A stretch of 59,863 nt of DNA, the filler included. It is 5 parts of 5 records of this genome, joined end to end, with 100 filler letters (N's around TTAATTAATTAA, not from the genome) between each part and the next. Parts side by side here need not be neighbours in the genome. Positions count along the whole stretch, not along the records: positions 19,258 to 32,696 come from SRR22947725_4037; 4 more parts are not named here. One strand, written 5' to 3'. How positions within the stretch are numbered: position 1 is the first letter of the stretch; the number at the start of each line of letters is the position of its first letter. The position numbers and the translations under genes were made by a program. Below the pieces are notes generated by a model. It had not been told where the DNA came from. It searched no databases and was given only the letters and a program-made list of their open reading frames with translations. Positions 19,294 through 30,203 of this stretch are shown piece by piece.

Positions 19294-20412
19294 TCACTTA
19301 CCTTTGAAAGGTGACCTCTCTTCAAGCTCATTGGTATAAATCGCCATATGTTTTTTTTCTTTACCCAAGAAGTTTTCAATAGCAACTTTAAACTCAGAAT
19401 TTGCAATAAAATGACTTGAGTATGTCTTAAACGCATCAAACCCACGGGCTAATTTGTGCTCTCCTTGTGCACCACCCTCAAAATATTTTAATTTGTTTTG
19501 AATACAAAATTCTTGGCCGACATAATAACAAAGTTCAAAATGCAAACTCGGAATATATTCAATCGCTCCCCAATACCTTCCATATAAAGAATTTTCACTA
19601 ATTATATTTAATGCACTTGCTATTTTTTTTCCTTCTTTATTTGCAACGATAAGAACAAGCTTTTCTGACATACTTTCGTGAAGCTTATAAAAAAATTCTT
19701 TTGTTAAATAGGGGGAAGAATTATGCATCAAATAAGTATTGCAATAGCATGCATAAAAAAATTCAATATCTTCTTCTCTTATTGAGCTACCTTGTTTAAC
19801 TGTAACTTTAATATCAAAGCTATTAATTTTTTTTCGCTCTTGCTTTATTTTTTTTCTCTTGTTGTGAGATAGGTTTGATAAAAATTGTTCAAAACTATTA
19901 TAATTTTTATTTTCCCAACGAAACTGAACCCCCTCTCGTTGCAACCATCCCATTTCTTTGAGTAAGAAGGCATCTTGTTGATTTGGAAATAAAATATGGC
20001 ATGAAGAAATTTTATGATCTAGTAAAATTTTTTCTAATGCTTTGACCATCATTTTTTTTATATCAAGATTATCAGCAATTATTCTGCTGCCCGTGATTGG
20101 GCTAAAGGGGATAGCTGAAATCATTTTAGGATAATAATTTAAACCACTTTTATGAAAAGCTTCAGCCCATGACCAATCAAATACATATTCTCCATATGAA
20201 TTCTCTTTTAGGTAAATAGGCATAAAGCCGATAGTTTTTTGATCAGATTTTGCGATTATTGGGAATGGAATCCAACCTGAATTTTTCCCAACAGACCCTG
20301 AAGTCTCTAAGGTATTGTGAAATTCATAACTTAAAAAAGTAGAACTAATATTAAGTTCAGATAACTGTTCTTTTAGGTTTGTATAGCTATTACTAGAAGT
20401 GATCTCAATCAT
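19294..20412 (-). CDS. FemAB-like GNAT-fold protein (DUF482 family)
   Basis: SYGEYVFDWSWA, YYPK, PFSPITG, LYGRYWG, LHFELCYY, EGGAQGEHKLARG. Confidence 0.9.
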   Translation of the reverse strand: MIEITSSNSYTNLKEQLSELNISSTFLSYEFHNTLETSGSVGKNSGWIPFPIIAKSDQKTIGFMPIYLKENSYGEYVFDWSWAEAFHKSGLNYYPKMISAIPFSPITGSRIIADNLDIKKMMVKALEKILLDHKISSCHILFPNQQDAFLLKEMGWLQREGVQFRWENKNYNSFEQFLSNLSHNKRKKIKQERKKINSFDIKVTVKQGSSIREEDIEFFYACYCNTYLMHNSSPYLTKEFFYKLHESMSEKLVLIVANKEGKKIASALNIISENSLYGRYWGAIEYIPSLHFELCYYVGQEFCIQNKLKYFEGGAQGEHKLARGFDAFKTYSSHFIANSEFKVAIENFLGKEKKHMAIYTNELEERSPFKGK

Positions 20413-20452
20413 TAATTATTGAGTCTTATGTTAGGTAAAAGTTTAGGTGAAT

Positions 20453-20968
20453 TTAATTGATTTCTTTGGATTTATCTTTTTTCTTAAGTGCTGCAGCCGG
20501 TGTAGATTTATCATTACCTTTAACTATTTGAGAATTTACACTATCCTTAGAATTTATTTTATCTTGGTAGGCCTTAGCTAATATGGCAATTTCATCAAAA
20601 CTAATTAAATTATCATTATCAGTATCTACCCTTCTAAACTGCCTAGCAATTTGAGGCAAGCAAACTGTTGTTTCATACACATCTAGCTGCTCGTTGTTGT
20701 CAGAGTCACATAAGATAAATCTTCTTTCAACACTCTCAAGCATTTCTCTTCTTCTTTGTTCGTAGATTACGTTTATTTTATCTTCAGATTCTGTGAAGTT
20801 AGAAAGTGCGTTATGTATCTCTTCTAGCTCAATTGTTTGTGTTGAGTTGGTGCTTCTAACCTTTTTAAGATCTATTTCAGCGTTGGCTTGCCAGGTAAAG
20901 AATAATATTGGTAATAAAAATAGTTTATTCAAATTAAATCTATGCCTTTTCTTTAAACGGTCAATCAT
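20453..20968 (-). CDS. Exported EF-hand calcium-binding protein
   Basis: Signal peptide ending ANA; two EF-hand loops DSDNNEQLDVYE and DTDNDNLISFDE. Confidence 0.75.
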   Translation of the reverse strand: MIDRLKKRHRFNLNKLFLLPILFFTWQANAEIDLKKVRSTNSTQTIELEEIHNALSNFTESEDKINVIYEQRRREMLESVERRFILCDSDNNEQLDVYETTVCLPQIARQFRRVDTDNDNLISFDEIAILAKAYQDKINSKDSVNSQIVKGNDKSTPAAALKKKDKSKEIN

Positions 20969-21013
20969 TTTGCTATCAGAATGTTAACCTAATATTACAA
21001 TATTCAGCGAAAT

Positions 21014-21030
21014 TGTAACAGAACTGTAAC
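21014..21030. promoter_or_regulatory. Putative OmpR-family binding site TGTAAC-N5-TGTAAC
   Basis: Exact 6-bp direct repeat with an 11-bp period, between the divergent EF-hand gene and the response regulator. Confidence 0.55.
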
Positions 21031-21099
21031 GATTTAAATATGCTGTTTACGTTTTTATGGCATATTATATAACCTAATATAAAATCAACAAAATTACTT

Positions 21100-21813
21100 A
21101 TGGCTGAAAAAAAACCAAATATTGCACTTGTTGACGATGATCCAAAAATTCTTGAACTCACTGCTAAGTATCTAAGGGATCAAAACTTGAACGTATTTGT
21201 GGCCGATAGCGGTTCTGCGCTGGATGATATCGTAAATGCAAATTCTATTGATTTAATTGTTCTTGATTTAATGATGCCTGAGGAATCAGGTCTTAATCTT
21301 TGTCAAAGGTATAGAGCAAAGAACATCAATGTACCTATTATCATGTTAACTGCCAAGGGGGATGAGGTTGACAGAATCGTTGGACTTGAAATGGGAGCAG
21401 ATGATTACCTACCTAAACCTTTTAGCCCACGAGAGTTGCTTGCAAGAATAAATGCCATTATAAGAAGGCAAACAACATTAGGAGCAAATACGCCTAAACA
21501 AATCATCCGCTTTGGCTCCTTTGAATTTGATACTGAAAATCGTAGTCTCTCAAACGAAGGAAAGAATATTTCCATAACAGCCGGTGAATTTGATTTATTA
21601 AAGGTTTTTACAGATCACTCTAAACAACCATTATCACGAGATAGAATAATGCAATTAGCTAAGGGAAAAGAACTTGATGTTTTTGATAGAAGTATTGATG
21701 TTCAGATATCTCGAATAAGAAGGCTAATTGAAGACAACCCTAATAAACCGAAGTATCTCCAGACAAAATGGGGATATGGTTATATTTTTGATCCTGATGG
21801 AGAACCGCAGTAG
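21100..21813 (+). CDS. ompR: OmpR-family response regulator
   Basis: VDDD, LDLMMP, PIIMLTAKG, GADDYLPKPF, winged helix DRSIDVQISRIR. Confidence 0.9.
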   Translation: MAEKKPNIALVDDDPKILELTAKYLRDQNLNVFVADSGSALDDIVNANSIDLIVLDLMMPEESGLNLCQRYRAKNINVPIIMLTAKGDEVDRIVGLEMGADDYLPKPFSPRELLARINAIIRRQTTLGANTPKQIIRFGSFEFDTENRSLSNEGKNISITAGEFDLLKVFTDHSKQPLSRDRIMQLAKGKELDVFDRSIDVQISRIRRLIEDNPNKPKYLQTKWGYGYIFDPDGEPQ

Positions 21814-23145
21814 TTGAAGTACTTACCGAAGCATCTTCTAACTAGAATCTCATTAATAATTGCATTATTGCTAATTACAACCCAGCTGGTATCTCTTAAA
21901 ATTTTTGATGTTTATGAAAGAGAGCCGCGAGCTGAAGCTTTAGCGTTAGAAATTTCTACCATTGTAAATTTTACTAAAGCATCGATGGCAGCCTCAGCAA
22001 CGGATAAGAGAATACAGCTTCTTAATGAGCTTTCAGCCATGGGAAATGTCAGAATATATCCTGCACATTTTTTTGAAGAAATTGAGCCAATTCCAGATGA
22101 CCCATTTCTTCAGCTCGTTATTCAAAAAGCTATCCAAAAACTTCCCCTTGGAACACTCATTGCTATTAATCATTTCTCTATTGAAGGTATTTGGGTAAGC
22201 TTTGAATTAAATAATGAGCTATTTTGGGTAGTTATACCTCGAACGATAGTTGACAGACCTTTCCCATGGCATTGGATAGGCTGGGGAACTATTATTGCTC
22301 TAATAGCACTCGTAGCAGCCTTTATGACAACCGAGAGGATTAATAGGCGTTTAAATAGGCTTATTGAAGCAGCTGAAAGTGTAAGAAAAGGTTTATCTGC
22401 AGAAAAGCTTCCACATGATAATTTAGTTGAATTTAGTGACTTAAATGTGGCTTTTAATGAAATGTTAGATAACTTAAAAAAGGCAAGCCAAGAAAGAAAA
22501 TTTTTACTTGCAAGCGTTTCTCATGATATCAGAACCCCCTTAACACGCCTAAGAATTGCATCGGAAATGCTTCCGGAAAAATCAGATGATCTTAAAAAAA
22601 GTATGGAAGAAGATATTATAGAAATTAATAATATCCTTAATCAGTTCCTTGATTTTGCAAGGGGCTTTGAGGATGAACCTAAAATACCGGTTAATTTAGG
22701 AAAGTTTCTTAATAATATACAGGTGAAGCACTTAAGAATGGGTCAAAAATTTACTCTTAGAAAGAGAAATATTAAATCTGATGTACCCAAAAAACTTTTT
22801 ATTGATCTGCGACCTTTGGCGCTACAGCGCTGCTTAGATAATTTAATTAACAATGCTTTTTTTTATGCAAAAGGAAAGGTTGTTGTTATAGCCACTCTTT
22901 TAGAGGAGTCTTTTACTATTAGTATAATTGATGATGGTCCTGGGATTCCTAATAAAGAGCTTGAAAGGCTCTTAAAGCCTTTTGAACGTCTAGATGAGGC
23001 AAGGGGTAATGAAGGAGGTTGTGGCTTAGGTTTATCGATTGCTGACAGAATTGCAAAGGCACATGATGGTAAATTAGAGTTAATTTCTAATAAAAAAGAT
23101 AAAGGTCTTGAGGCAAAAATTACAATCCCTATCATTAGGGCTTAG
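21814..23145 (+). CDS. EnvZ/RisS-like sensor histidine kinase
   Basis: Two TM helices, HAMP, H-box SHDIRTPLTR, N-box NLINNA, DDGPGI, GLGLSI. Confidence 0.9.
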   Translation: MKYLPKHLLTRISLIIALLLITTQLVSLKIFDVYEREPRAEALALEISTIVNFTKASMAASATDKRIQLLNELSAMGNVRIYPAHFFEEIEPIPDDPFLQLVIQKAIQKLPLGTLIAINHFSIEGIWVSFELNNELFWVVIPRTIVDRPFPWHWIGWGTIIALIALVAAFMTTERINRRLNRLIEAAESVRKGLSAEKLPHDNLVEFSDLNVAFNEMLDNLKKASQERKFLLASVSHDIRTPLTRLRIASEMLPEKSDDLKKSMEEDIIEINNILNQFLDFARGFEDEPKIPVNLGKFLNNIQVKHLRMGQKFTLRKRNIKSDVPKKLFIDLRPLALQRCLDNLINNAFFYAKGKVVVIATLLEESFTISIIDDGPGIPNKELERLLKPFERLDEARGNEGGCGLGLSIADRIAKAHDGKLELISNKKDKGLEAKITIPIIRA

Positions 23146-23147
23146 AA

Positions 23148-24518
23148 TTACTTAAACCATTTCAGCTGACTTCTTAATTTCACAACTTCGCCAATGATTA
23201 TTAAAGCTGGTGATTTAATCTTAGAGCGTTGGACTTTGCTCAATATGTTTTCGATGTTTCCTTGAACTACTTTTTGTGCATTTGTTGTTCCACTTTCAAT
23301 GACAGCAATAGGCATTGTTTTCTTCTGCCCATGTCTCAGAAGTTCCTTTATAAAATCAGGCAAGCTTAATAAGCCCATATATATAACAACAGTTTGCTTA
23401 TTTGAAATTAATTTTGGCCAATCGAAATCAATTTTTCCATCCTTAAAATGTCCTGTCAAAAATAGACAGCTTTGTGCATAATCTCTATGTGTAAGCGGTA
23501 TTCCTGCATAAGCTGCCACTCCATTAGCAGCAGAGATCCCTGGAACCACCTGAAAATTTATTTTATGCGACATGAGTGACGCTATTTCCTCACCCCCTCT
23601 ACCAAAAATGAATGGATCGCCTCCTTTAAGCCGCAAAACTTTTTTACCTTTTTTTGCATATTTTACGAGATAGTCATTAATTTTTTCTTGGCTAAATGTA
23701 TGTTGGTCTCTTTTTTTTCCTGCAAAAATCATATCAGCATCACGCCGAACCAGTTCTATTACCTCATCAGAAACCAAATTATCATAAATACAAACATCGC
23801 ATTTTTGCATCAAATGTAAAGCTCTTATAGTCAATAAGTCTCTTTCCCCTGGACCCGCTCCAACTAAGTAAACCTCACCAGTTTTATTTTTCATGCTATC
23901 AATTAATGAGTTAAATTTCTTATTTAACGTTTTATTATTTTTTAAAATTAAATTAATATTTTCAATATCAAAAAATTTTTCCCAAAAAATTCGTCTTTTA
24001 TTGTCTATCTTTATAAGTTTCTTAACTTTATCTCTTAAACTGCCTGCTAAATCAACAAGGTCCTTGTATGAATCGGGTATTAGTTTTTCAATCTTTTCTC
24101 TAAGCTGCCTTACTAATACGGGTGCTTTACCACTGCTTGAAATAGAGATGACCAATGAACCCCTTTCAACGATTGACCCCATTGTGAAAGTGCATAATGC
24201 AGGTTGATCAACTACATTCACTGGAATTTTTTTTCTTAATCCCTCTTTTGCAATTTGTTTATTTAATAATTTATTATTTGTTGCGGCAATAATGATGATT
24301 GGAAATTCAATATCATCTAAATGGAATTCTTTTTTTAAAATATCTATCGAATATTTTTCTTTTAAATCCAATATTTCCTCGCAAACATTTTGAGCTACGA
24401 CTTTTATATTGGGTTTAGATTTGATTAATAATTTAATTTTTCTATAAGCAATATCACCACCACCTATTACCAACACAGGTTTATTTTTAATTTCTAAAAA
24501 TATTGGAAAATTATCCAT
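23148..24518 (-). CDS. cysG: Siroheme synthase CysG
   Basis: [49 protein letters not shown]. Confidence 0.95.
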   Translation of the reverse strand: MDNFPIFLEIKNKPVLVIGGGDIAYRKIKLLIKSKPNIKVVAQNVCEEILDLKEKYSIDILKKEFHLDDIEFPIIIIAATNNKLLNKQIAKEGLRKKIPVNVVDQPALCTFTMGSIVERGSLVISISSSGKAPVLVRQLREKIEKLIPDSYKDLVDLAGSLRDKVKKLIKIDNKRRIFWEKFFDIENINLILKNNKTLNKKFNSLIDSMKNKTGEVYLVGAGPGERDLLTIRALHLMQKCDVCIYDNLVSDEVIELVRRDADMIFAGKKRDQHTFSQEKINDYLVKYAKKGKKVLRLKGGDPFIFGRGGEEIASLMSHKINFQVVPGISAANGVAAYAGIPLTHRDYAQSCLFLTGHFKDGKIDFDWPKLISNKQTVVIYMGLLSLPDFIKELLRHGQKKTMPIAVIESGTTNAQKVVQGNIENILSKVQRSKIKSPALIIIGEVVKLRSQLKWFK

Positions 24519-24614
24519 AACAAAATGTTACTCTATTAAAGATGTTATATACATAGGTCTTGTATACAAAAAAAGTTATAATTCAAATCTTTAAAAATTT
24601 TAATTTAAATCAAC

Positions 24615-25937
24615 ATGTCAAAAAAAGTATTTGTAAAGTCGTTTGGTTGTCAAATGAACGAATACGATTCTGAAAAGATCAAAGATATTTTGGAGTCCAA
24701 ACAAAAATTATCTCAAACAAGCTCGCCTGAGAATGCTGATTTAATTGTCTTAAACACATGCTCAGTAAGGGAAAAAGCAGAAATTAAACTTTTTAGTGAT
24801 TTGGGAAGGTATAGAAAACTCAAAGAAGCTAATCCGCATATAAAAATTGCTGTTGGTGGTTGCGTTGCAAGCCAAGAAGGTGATGAGATAATTAGGCGCG
24901 CACCCTATGTAGATGCTGTTTTTGGTCCACAAACACTTCATCGACTTCCTGAATTAATTAATCTAAGGGAGGTGACAGGTAAGCCACAAATAGATATATC
25001 GTTCCCTGAGATTGAAAAATTTGATAGTTTACCTACATCTAAAAGTAAAAATCCATCAGCAATGGTTTCCATAATGGAGGGTTGTAGCAAATACTGTTCA
25101 TTTTGCGTTGTTCCATATACTAGGGGTGAAGAGATCTCTAGACCTTTACAAGATATCATAACTGAGATTGTCCAATTAACTCTTCAGGGAGCATCAGAAA
25201 TTATACTTTTAGGCCAAAACGTAAATGGCTATAGGGGTGCTATGAGTAACGGTAGAATTGCTGACTTTGCATCACTTATTGAATATATATCTGAAATTGA
25301 CGAGGTAAAAAGAATACGCTTCACAACCAGCCATCCAAATGAAATGACTGATCACCTTATTGATTGTTTTGGCAACATTAAAAAATTAGCACATCACCTT
25401 CACTTACCAATTCAATCGGGCTCTGATAAAGTTTTAATGGCTATGAAGAGGAACTATACAACCTTGGAATACAAATCAATTATAAAAAAACTTAGAAGAA
25501 AATTGCCAAATGTTTCATTAACGACAGATATTATCATTGGCTTCCCTACAGAAACAACAAATGACTTTAACTTAACCAAAAAATTATTTGCTGAGCTTGA
25601 ATTTGATTATTCATTTAGTTTTATTTATAGCAAGAGACCTGGAACACCTGCTGCCTACTTGAAAGATGAGACCTCAGATGAAGTAAAAATTGATCGTCTG
25701 CATGAAATTCAATCGTTAAATATTAAACAAGGCGAGTATCAAACCCAAAAGATGATTGGGACTAACCAGAGAGTTTTAATTGATCATTATTCAAAAAAGA
25801 AACCAGGGATTTTATTGGGAAAAACAGATAACAATAGAATAATAGAGTTTAAAGAATCAACAGAGCTGTTGAATAAATTTGTCAATGTAAAAGTATCTAA
25901 AATTTTGGGCAAAACCTTAATAGGAGAATTGATTTAA
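24615..25937 (+). CDS. miaB: tRNA-2-methylthio-N6-dimethylallyladenosine synthase MiaB
   Basis: GCQMNEYDS, NTCSVREKA, EGCSKYCSFCVVP, C-terminal TRAM domain. Confidence 0.96.
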   Translation: MSKKVFVKSFGCQMNEYDSEKIKDILESKQKLSQTSSPENADLIVLNTCSVREKAEIKLFSDLGRYRKLKEANPHIKIAVGGCVASQEGDEIIRRAPYVDAVFGPQTLHRLPELINLREVTGKPQIDISFPEIEKFDSLPTSKSKNPSAMVSIMEGCSKYCSFCVVPYTRGEEISRPLQDIITEIVQLTLQGASEIILLGQNVNGYRGAMSNGRIADFASLIEYISEIDEVKRIRFTTSHPNEMTDHLIDCFGNIKKLAHHLHLPIQSGSDKVLMAMKRNYTTLEYKSIIKKLRRKLPNVSLTTDIIIGFPTETTNDFNLTKKLFAELEFDYSFSFIYSKRPGTPAAYLKDETSDEVKIDRLHEIQSLNIKQGEYQTQKMIGTNQRVLIDHYSKKKPGILLGKTDNNRIIEFKESTELLNKFVNVKVSKILGKTLIGELI

Positions 25938-25941
25938 ATAG

Positions 25942-26877
25942 ATGAAAAAAGAATTAACACTTTCTCCTCAGGATAATAAAAAATTGGCGAATTTATGTGG
26001 TCCTCTTGATGAAAATATTTCTCAAATAAGTGTAGGCTTAGACTTAAAGATAAGCCGAAAAAATTCTTCATTTATTTTTGATGGAGATGAAAAAAAAGTT
26101 TTACTCGCATCTCAACTAATAGAAAGTATTTACTTAAGAGCGACAAGAGCTATCGCTCCAGAAGACATTCAGTTAAGTCTTGTTGAGCTTAACCAAAAAG
26201 AAACTAATAATAAACAAACCTCTCCACAACTTCATACATTAAAAACTGATTTGCAAGGTCGTACTCCCATGCAGGTCAGTTATCTTAGAAATATACAAGA
26301 GAATGATATCAATTTTGGTATCGGGCCGGCAGGCACTGGTAAAACCTATCTTGCTGTAGCTTCAGCCGTTGATGCCTTAAATAAAGAAAAGGTAAAAAGA
26401 ATAGTTTTGGTAAGGCCAGCTGTAGAAGCAGGGGAAAACTTGGGTTTCCTGCCAGGTGATCTTGCGCAAAAAGTTGATCCATACTTAAGGCCTTTGTATG
26501 ATGCACTTTATGATTTAGCAGGCTATGACAACGTAACTAAAATGTTTGATAAAGGCATTCTAGAGGTTGCCCCTTTAGCATATATGAGAGGTAGAACCTT
26601 GAATCAAAGCTTTATCATTCTTGACGAAGCACAAAATACAACTCCTGAACAAATGAAAATGTTTCTAACCCGAATTGGTTTTGGAACAAAGGCAGTCATC
26701 ACAGGTGATGTAACTCAAATTGATCTGGCAAAATCACAAAAAAGTGGTCTAGTTGAAATACAAAGAATTTTAAAATCAGTTAAAGGCATTGAATTTAACT
26801 TTTTTACATCAGTAGATGTAGTTCGACACCCTTTAGTACAAAAAATTATTAACGCTTATGATAAGTTTAAGCTTTAA
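25942..26877 (+). CDS. phoH: PhoH-like ATPase (YbeZ)
   Basis: GPAGTGKT, RPAVEAGE, YMRGRTL, DEAQN, VVRHPLV. Confidence 0.95.
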   Translation: MKKELTLSPQDNKKLANLCGPLDENISQISVGLDLKISRKNSSFIFDGDEKKVLLASQLIESIYLRATRAIAPEDIQLSLVELNQKETNNKQTSPQLHTLKTDLQGRTPMQVSYLRNIQENDINFGIGPAGTGKTYLAVASAVDALNKEKVKRIVLVRPAVEAGENLGFLPGDLAQKVDPYLRPLYDALYDLAGYDNVTKMFDKGILEVAPLAYMRGRTLNQSFIILDEAQNTTPEQMKMFLTRIGFGTKAVITGDVTQIDLAKSQKSGLVEIQRILKSVKGIEFNFFTSVDVVRHPLVQKIINAYDKFKL

Positions 26878-26880
26878 GGT

Positions 26881-27333
26881 TTGATGATCAGACATAAAAA
26901 AATAGTCTCAATATTTATACAAGACACAATTCATAAAAAAAAATATTTAACAAAAAAGCAATGTGAAAAATGGGTGAGTGCTTTAGCGACTGAGCCAAGT
27001 GATATTACATTGAGAATTGTTGATAAAAACGAATCCAAAAAATTGAATAAACAGTTTAGGAATAAAATTGGAGCTACAAATATTTTATCTTTTCAGATGA
27101 ACGCAAACCCAATTGAAGGTGATTTAGTTTTATGTCATCCAGTTATAAAAAAAGAAGCAAAAACACAAGGGAAAAAAATAATTAATCACTATGCACACCT
27201 AATTATTCATGGATATTTACATCTTTTAGGATATGATCATCAAAATAATGTGGATGCTGATAAAATGGAAACCATGGAAAGAAAAATTTTAAGCAAATTC
27301 AATATTAATGACCCCTACTCTGATAAAAAATAA
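26881..27333 (+). CDS. ybeY: rRNA maturation endoribonuclease YbeY
   Basis: TNILSF and HGYLHLLGYDH; canonical operon position. Confidence 0.93.
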   Translation: MMIRHKKIVSIFIQDTIHKKKYLTKKQCEKWVSALATEPSDITLRIVDKNESKKLNKQFRNKIGATNILSFQMNANPIEGDLVLCHPVIKKEAKTQGKKIINHYAHLIIHGYLHLLGYDHQNNVDADKMETMERKILSKFNINDPYSDKK

Positions 27334-27341
27334 TTGAATTT

Positions 27342-28175
27342 ATGAAAAGAAAAAGATTAAGGATTGGATCCCACCTAAGAAACCTGCTCCTAAAGCCCAG
27401 AGATAAGAAGCAATTGGGAGACCTTCTCAAGTCTGCTTTCGATAAAAATATGATTGATGCAGATGCATTAATGATGATCGAGGGCGTTTTAAATGTTTCT
27501 GATATGCAAGCAAGAGACATTATGAGACCTAGATCGCAAATTGATGCAATCGATATTTCAAAAAAACCAGAGGAATTTATACCGTTTGTAATTGAGACTG
27601 CTCACACAAGATTTCCAGTGTATGAAGATGGAATAAATAATATTATTGGCATTCTCTTAGCTAAAGATCTTCTTAAATTTACCTCAGATAATGAGTTTGA
27701 AATAAGGGATATTTTAAGACCGCCCATATTTATTCCTGAATCCAAAAGATTAAACGTGTTACTAAAAGAATTTAGAACAAAGCGTAATCATATTGCAATA
27801 GTCTCTGACGAGCACGGAGGTGTAGCAGGTATGGTAACGATTGAAGATGTTCTAGAGCAAATTGTCGGTGATATTGAAGACGAATTTGACTATGATGAAA
27901 CAGAGGGAAATATTATTGAAGAGAATCAGAGGCAGTTTCGTGTAAAAGCGTCAACAGAAATTTCAGATTTTAATAGCTTCTTTGCAACCTCCTATAAAGA
28001 TACTGAATTTTCAACCATCGGTGGCTTAGTTACTCAAAAATTTGGGTACCTTCCAGAAAATGAGGAAAAAATTTCCTTTGATGGCTTTGATATTACAATC
28101 ATACGATCTGATAGTCGACAAATTCACTCGATTCAGATTAATATCTCTAACCCAAAGAAAAATGTGGAACTTTAA
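27342..28175 (+). CDS. corC: CBS-domain Mg/Co transport-associated protein CorC (YbeX)
   Basis: HTRFPV, FIPESKRL, DEHGGVAGMVTIEDVLEQIVG, C-terminal CorC/HlyC domain. Confidence 0.93.
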   Translation: MKRKRLRIGSHLRNLLLKPRDKKQLGDLLKSAFDKNMIDADALMMIEGVLNVSDMQARDIMRPRSQIDAIDISKKPEEFIPFVIETAHTRFPVYEDGINNIIGILLAKDLLKFTSDNEFEIRDILRPPIFIPESKRLNVLLKEFRTKRNHIAIVSDEHGGVAGMVTIEDVLEQIVGDIEDEFDYDETEGNIIEENQRQFRVKASTEISDFNSFFATSYKDTEFSTIGGLVTQKFGYLPENEEKISFDGFDITIIRSDSRQIHSIQINISNPKKNVEL

Positions 28176-28216
28176 TAAATCTTTTGCACTCTACTTTGTT
28201 TAAATTTGGAAATCCT

Positions 28217-28618
28217 ATGAAATTCTTCATAACAATGCTATCTATATTCTGGTTATCATTTTCACATGCTGATGATTACGTTACTGAAAAAGAGAATCCT
28301 ATTATTGATGAAATTCCAACTGATTACCTGGAATTTGCAGATGTAATTGGGTTACTCACTCCTGAAGAAATTATCGAGCTTATTGGAGAACCCGCAAAAA
28401 AATTAGACCTCAAGATGAAGTCCTCTAATGAAGTTATAGCGAGTTCATGGTATTACCATAATTTAAATACTGACGAAAATGGTAACTATTTTCCTACTAC
28501 AGAGCTTGATATTATTGATGGATATGTTGAATCAGTTGTATTTCTGAATAACGTTGATGAGAATTCAAATTTTGAAGGCAAAAAATTTGATACTAAACGC
28601 CCTGATAGTTTATTTTAA
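28217..28618 (+). CDS. Exported acidic hypothetical protein (possible BamE/SmpA-like fold)
   Basis: Signal peptide MKFFITMLSIFWLSFSHA; GLLTPEEIIELIGEP...WYY pattern; start at ATG 28217 inferred. Confidence 0.6.
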   Translation: MKFFITMLSIFWLSFSHADDYVTEKENPIIDEIPTDYLEFADVIGLLTPEEIIELIGEPAKKLDLKMKSSNEVIASSWYYHNLNTDENGNYFPTTELDIIDGYVESVVFLNNVDENSNFEGKKFDTKRPDSLF

Positions 28619-28676
28619 TTTTTACATTATCAATAACTAAGGTTAAAGTAATATTTTTTATATGAAATAGTACATT

Positions 28677-30182
28677 TTGACCTCTAAAATTCCGGATTTT
28701 TTCCTTAATACAATATTTTTTTTACTTGGTGCAATCCTTGTTTTAGGTTTTTCTCCTTTTAATTTTTACCTTATTGTTCCGTTAGTAATCTTTATTTTTT
28801 TTTGGTTAATCCAAAAAAAAAACATGCCCTTAAAGGAATGTTTACTTTTTGGATTAGGTCTTTTTATATTTGGTATATATTGGATTTACATTTGTCTTCA
28901 GAAGTTTGGTGGAATGCCCCCCATAGCAGCAGGTTTATCCACTTTTATTTTGTGTCTTTTTTTATCTCTTTTTTTCTTATCCTTATCATTTTTTCCAAAA
29001 TTTAAAAATAAGCCACTGTTTGTGGCAGCAATCTTTACCATCGTTGAGTGGGTGCGTTCGTTTATCTTCACAGGTTTCCCATGGTTAACTTTAGGATATT
29101 CCCAGGTTAATGCTAGTCCTTTAGCGGGGTATATACCCATTACTGGTATATATGGAGTTAGTTTCCTTCTAATCTTAACTGCACACTTAATTTTTCTTTT
29201 TTTTACTAAAACTTATAATCGAATATGGATTATTTTATTAATAATAATAATTTGGGCGAGTGGTTATTTTCTTAAAAAGATTGAATGGACCCAACCCTTT
29301 AAGGAACCCATTCAAGTTAGTTTAATCCAGGGAAATGTCAAACAAGATGAAAAATGGGATACAGCTAAAATTAATAATATATTAAAAAAATATGAAGACT
29401 TAATTTTAAAAAATAATTCCCCGCTCATTGTTTTACCTGAAACATCAATACCACTTTTGCTTGAATACATTCCAAAAAATTATCTATACAGAATTAAAAA
29501 TCATCTCCAGAAGATTCATGGAAACCTAATTTTTGGAGTAATCGAAAGAGAAGAAGAAAAAATTTATAATTCAGCGGTCTCATTAGGTGAAGATAAAGCA
29601 CAAAATTATAGAAAATATCATCTAGTTCCATTTGGAGAATATGTCCCCCTTAGGAGTATTTTTGGTTTTGTATATGAAGATTTACTTAATATGCCATTTA
29701 ATGATTTATCAAGGGGCCCAAAAAAACAATTGCCAATGACCTTTGGTCAACAAAAAATAGCAATAAATATCTGTTACGAAGATGTATTTGGAAATGAAAT
29801 TATTCAGCAATTACCTAGTGCAAATATCCTATTAAATATGAGCAATGATGCATGGTATGGCCACTCAATTGCTGCTGACCAACATTTACAAATCTCACAA
29901 GCAAGAGCTATTGAAACTGGAAGAATGATGATGCGAGCAACAAATACTGGAGTTACAGCCTTTATCAACGAAAAAGGTAAGGTTATTAGTCAAATACCGC
30001 AGTTTTCAAGTGGCTCGCTTACGCAAAATATACAAGGATTCCAAGGAAGTACTCCCTTTATTAAATATGGGCATTTGCCAATTTTAATTTTTAGTATCTT
30101 AATTCTCTTATTCACTATTATTCAAGGTAAATTAATTAGTAAGTTTCTTGCTGTGTTTAATAAACAAAGTAAAATACGATAA
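28677..30182 (+). CDS. lnt: Apolipoprotein N-acyltransferase
   Basis: GFPW, QGNV, LPET, KYHLVPFGEY, ICYE, SNDAW, RATNTG. Confidence 0.95.
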   Translation: MTSKIPDFFLNTIFFLLGAILVLGFSPFNFYLIVPLVIFIFFWLIQKKNMPLKECLLFGLGLFIFGIYWIYICLQKFGGMPPIAAGLSTFILCLFLSLFFLSLSFFPKFKNKPLFVAAIFTIVEWVRSFIFTGFPWLTLGYSQVNASPLAGYIPITGIYGVSFLLILTAHLIFLFFTKTYNRIWIILLIIIIWASGYFLKKIEWTQPFKEPIQVSLIQGNVKQDEKWDTAKINNILKKYEDLILKNNSPLIVLPETSIPLLLEYIPKNYLYRIKNHLQKIHGNLIFGVIEREEEKIYNSAVSLGEDKAQNYRKYHLVPFGEYVPLRSIFGFVYEDLLNMPFNDLSRGPKKQLPMTFGQQKIAINICYEDVFGNEIIQQLPSANILLNMSNDAWYGHSIAADQHLQISQARAIETGRMMMRATNTGVTAFINEKGKVISQIPQFSSGSLTQNIQGFQGSTPFIKYGHLPILIFSILILLFTIIQGKLISKFLAVFNKQSKIR

Positions 30183-30203
30183 TAAATAATTTTAATAAGA
30201 TAA

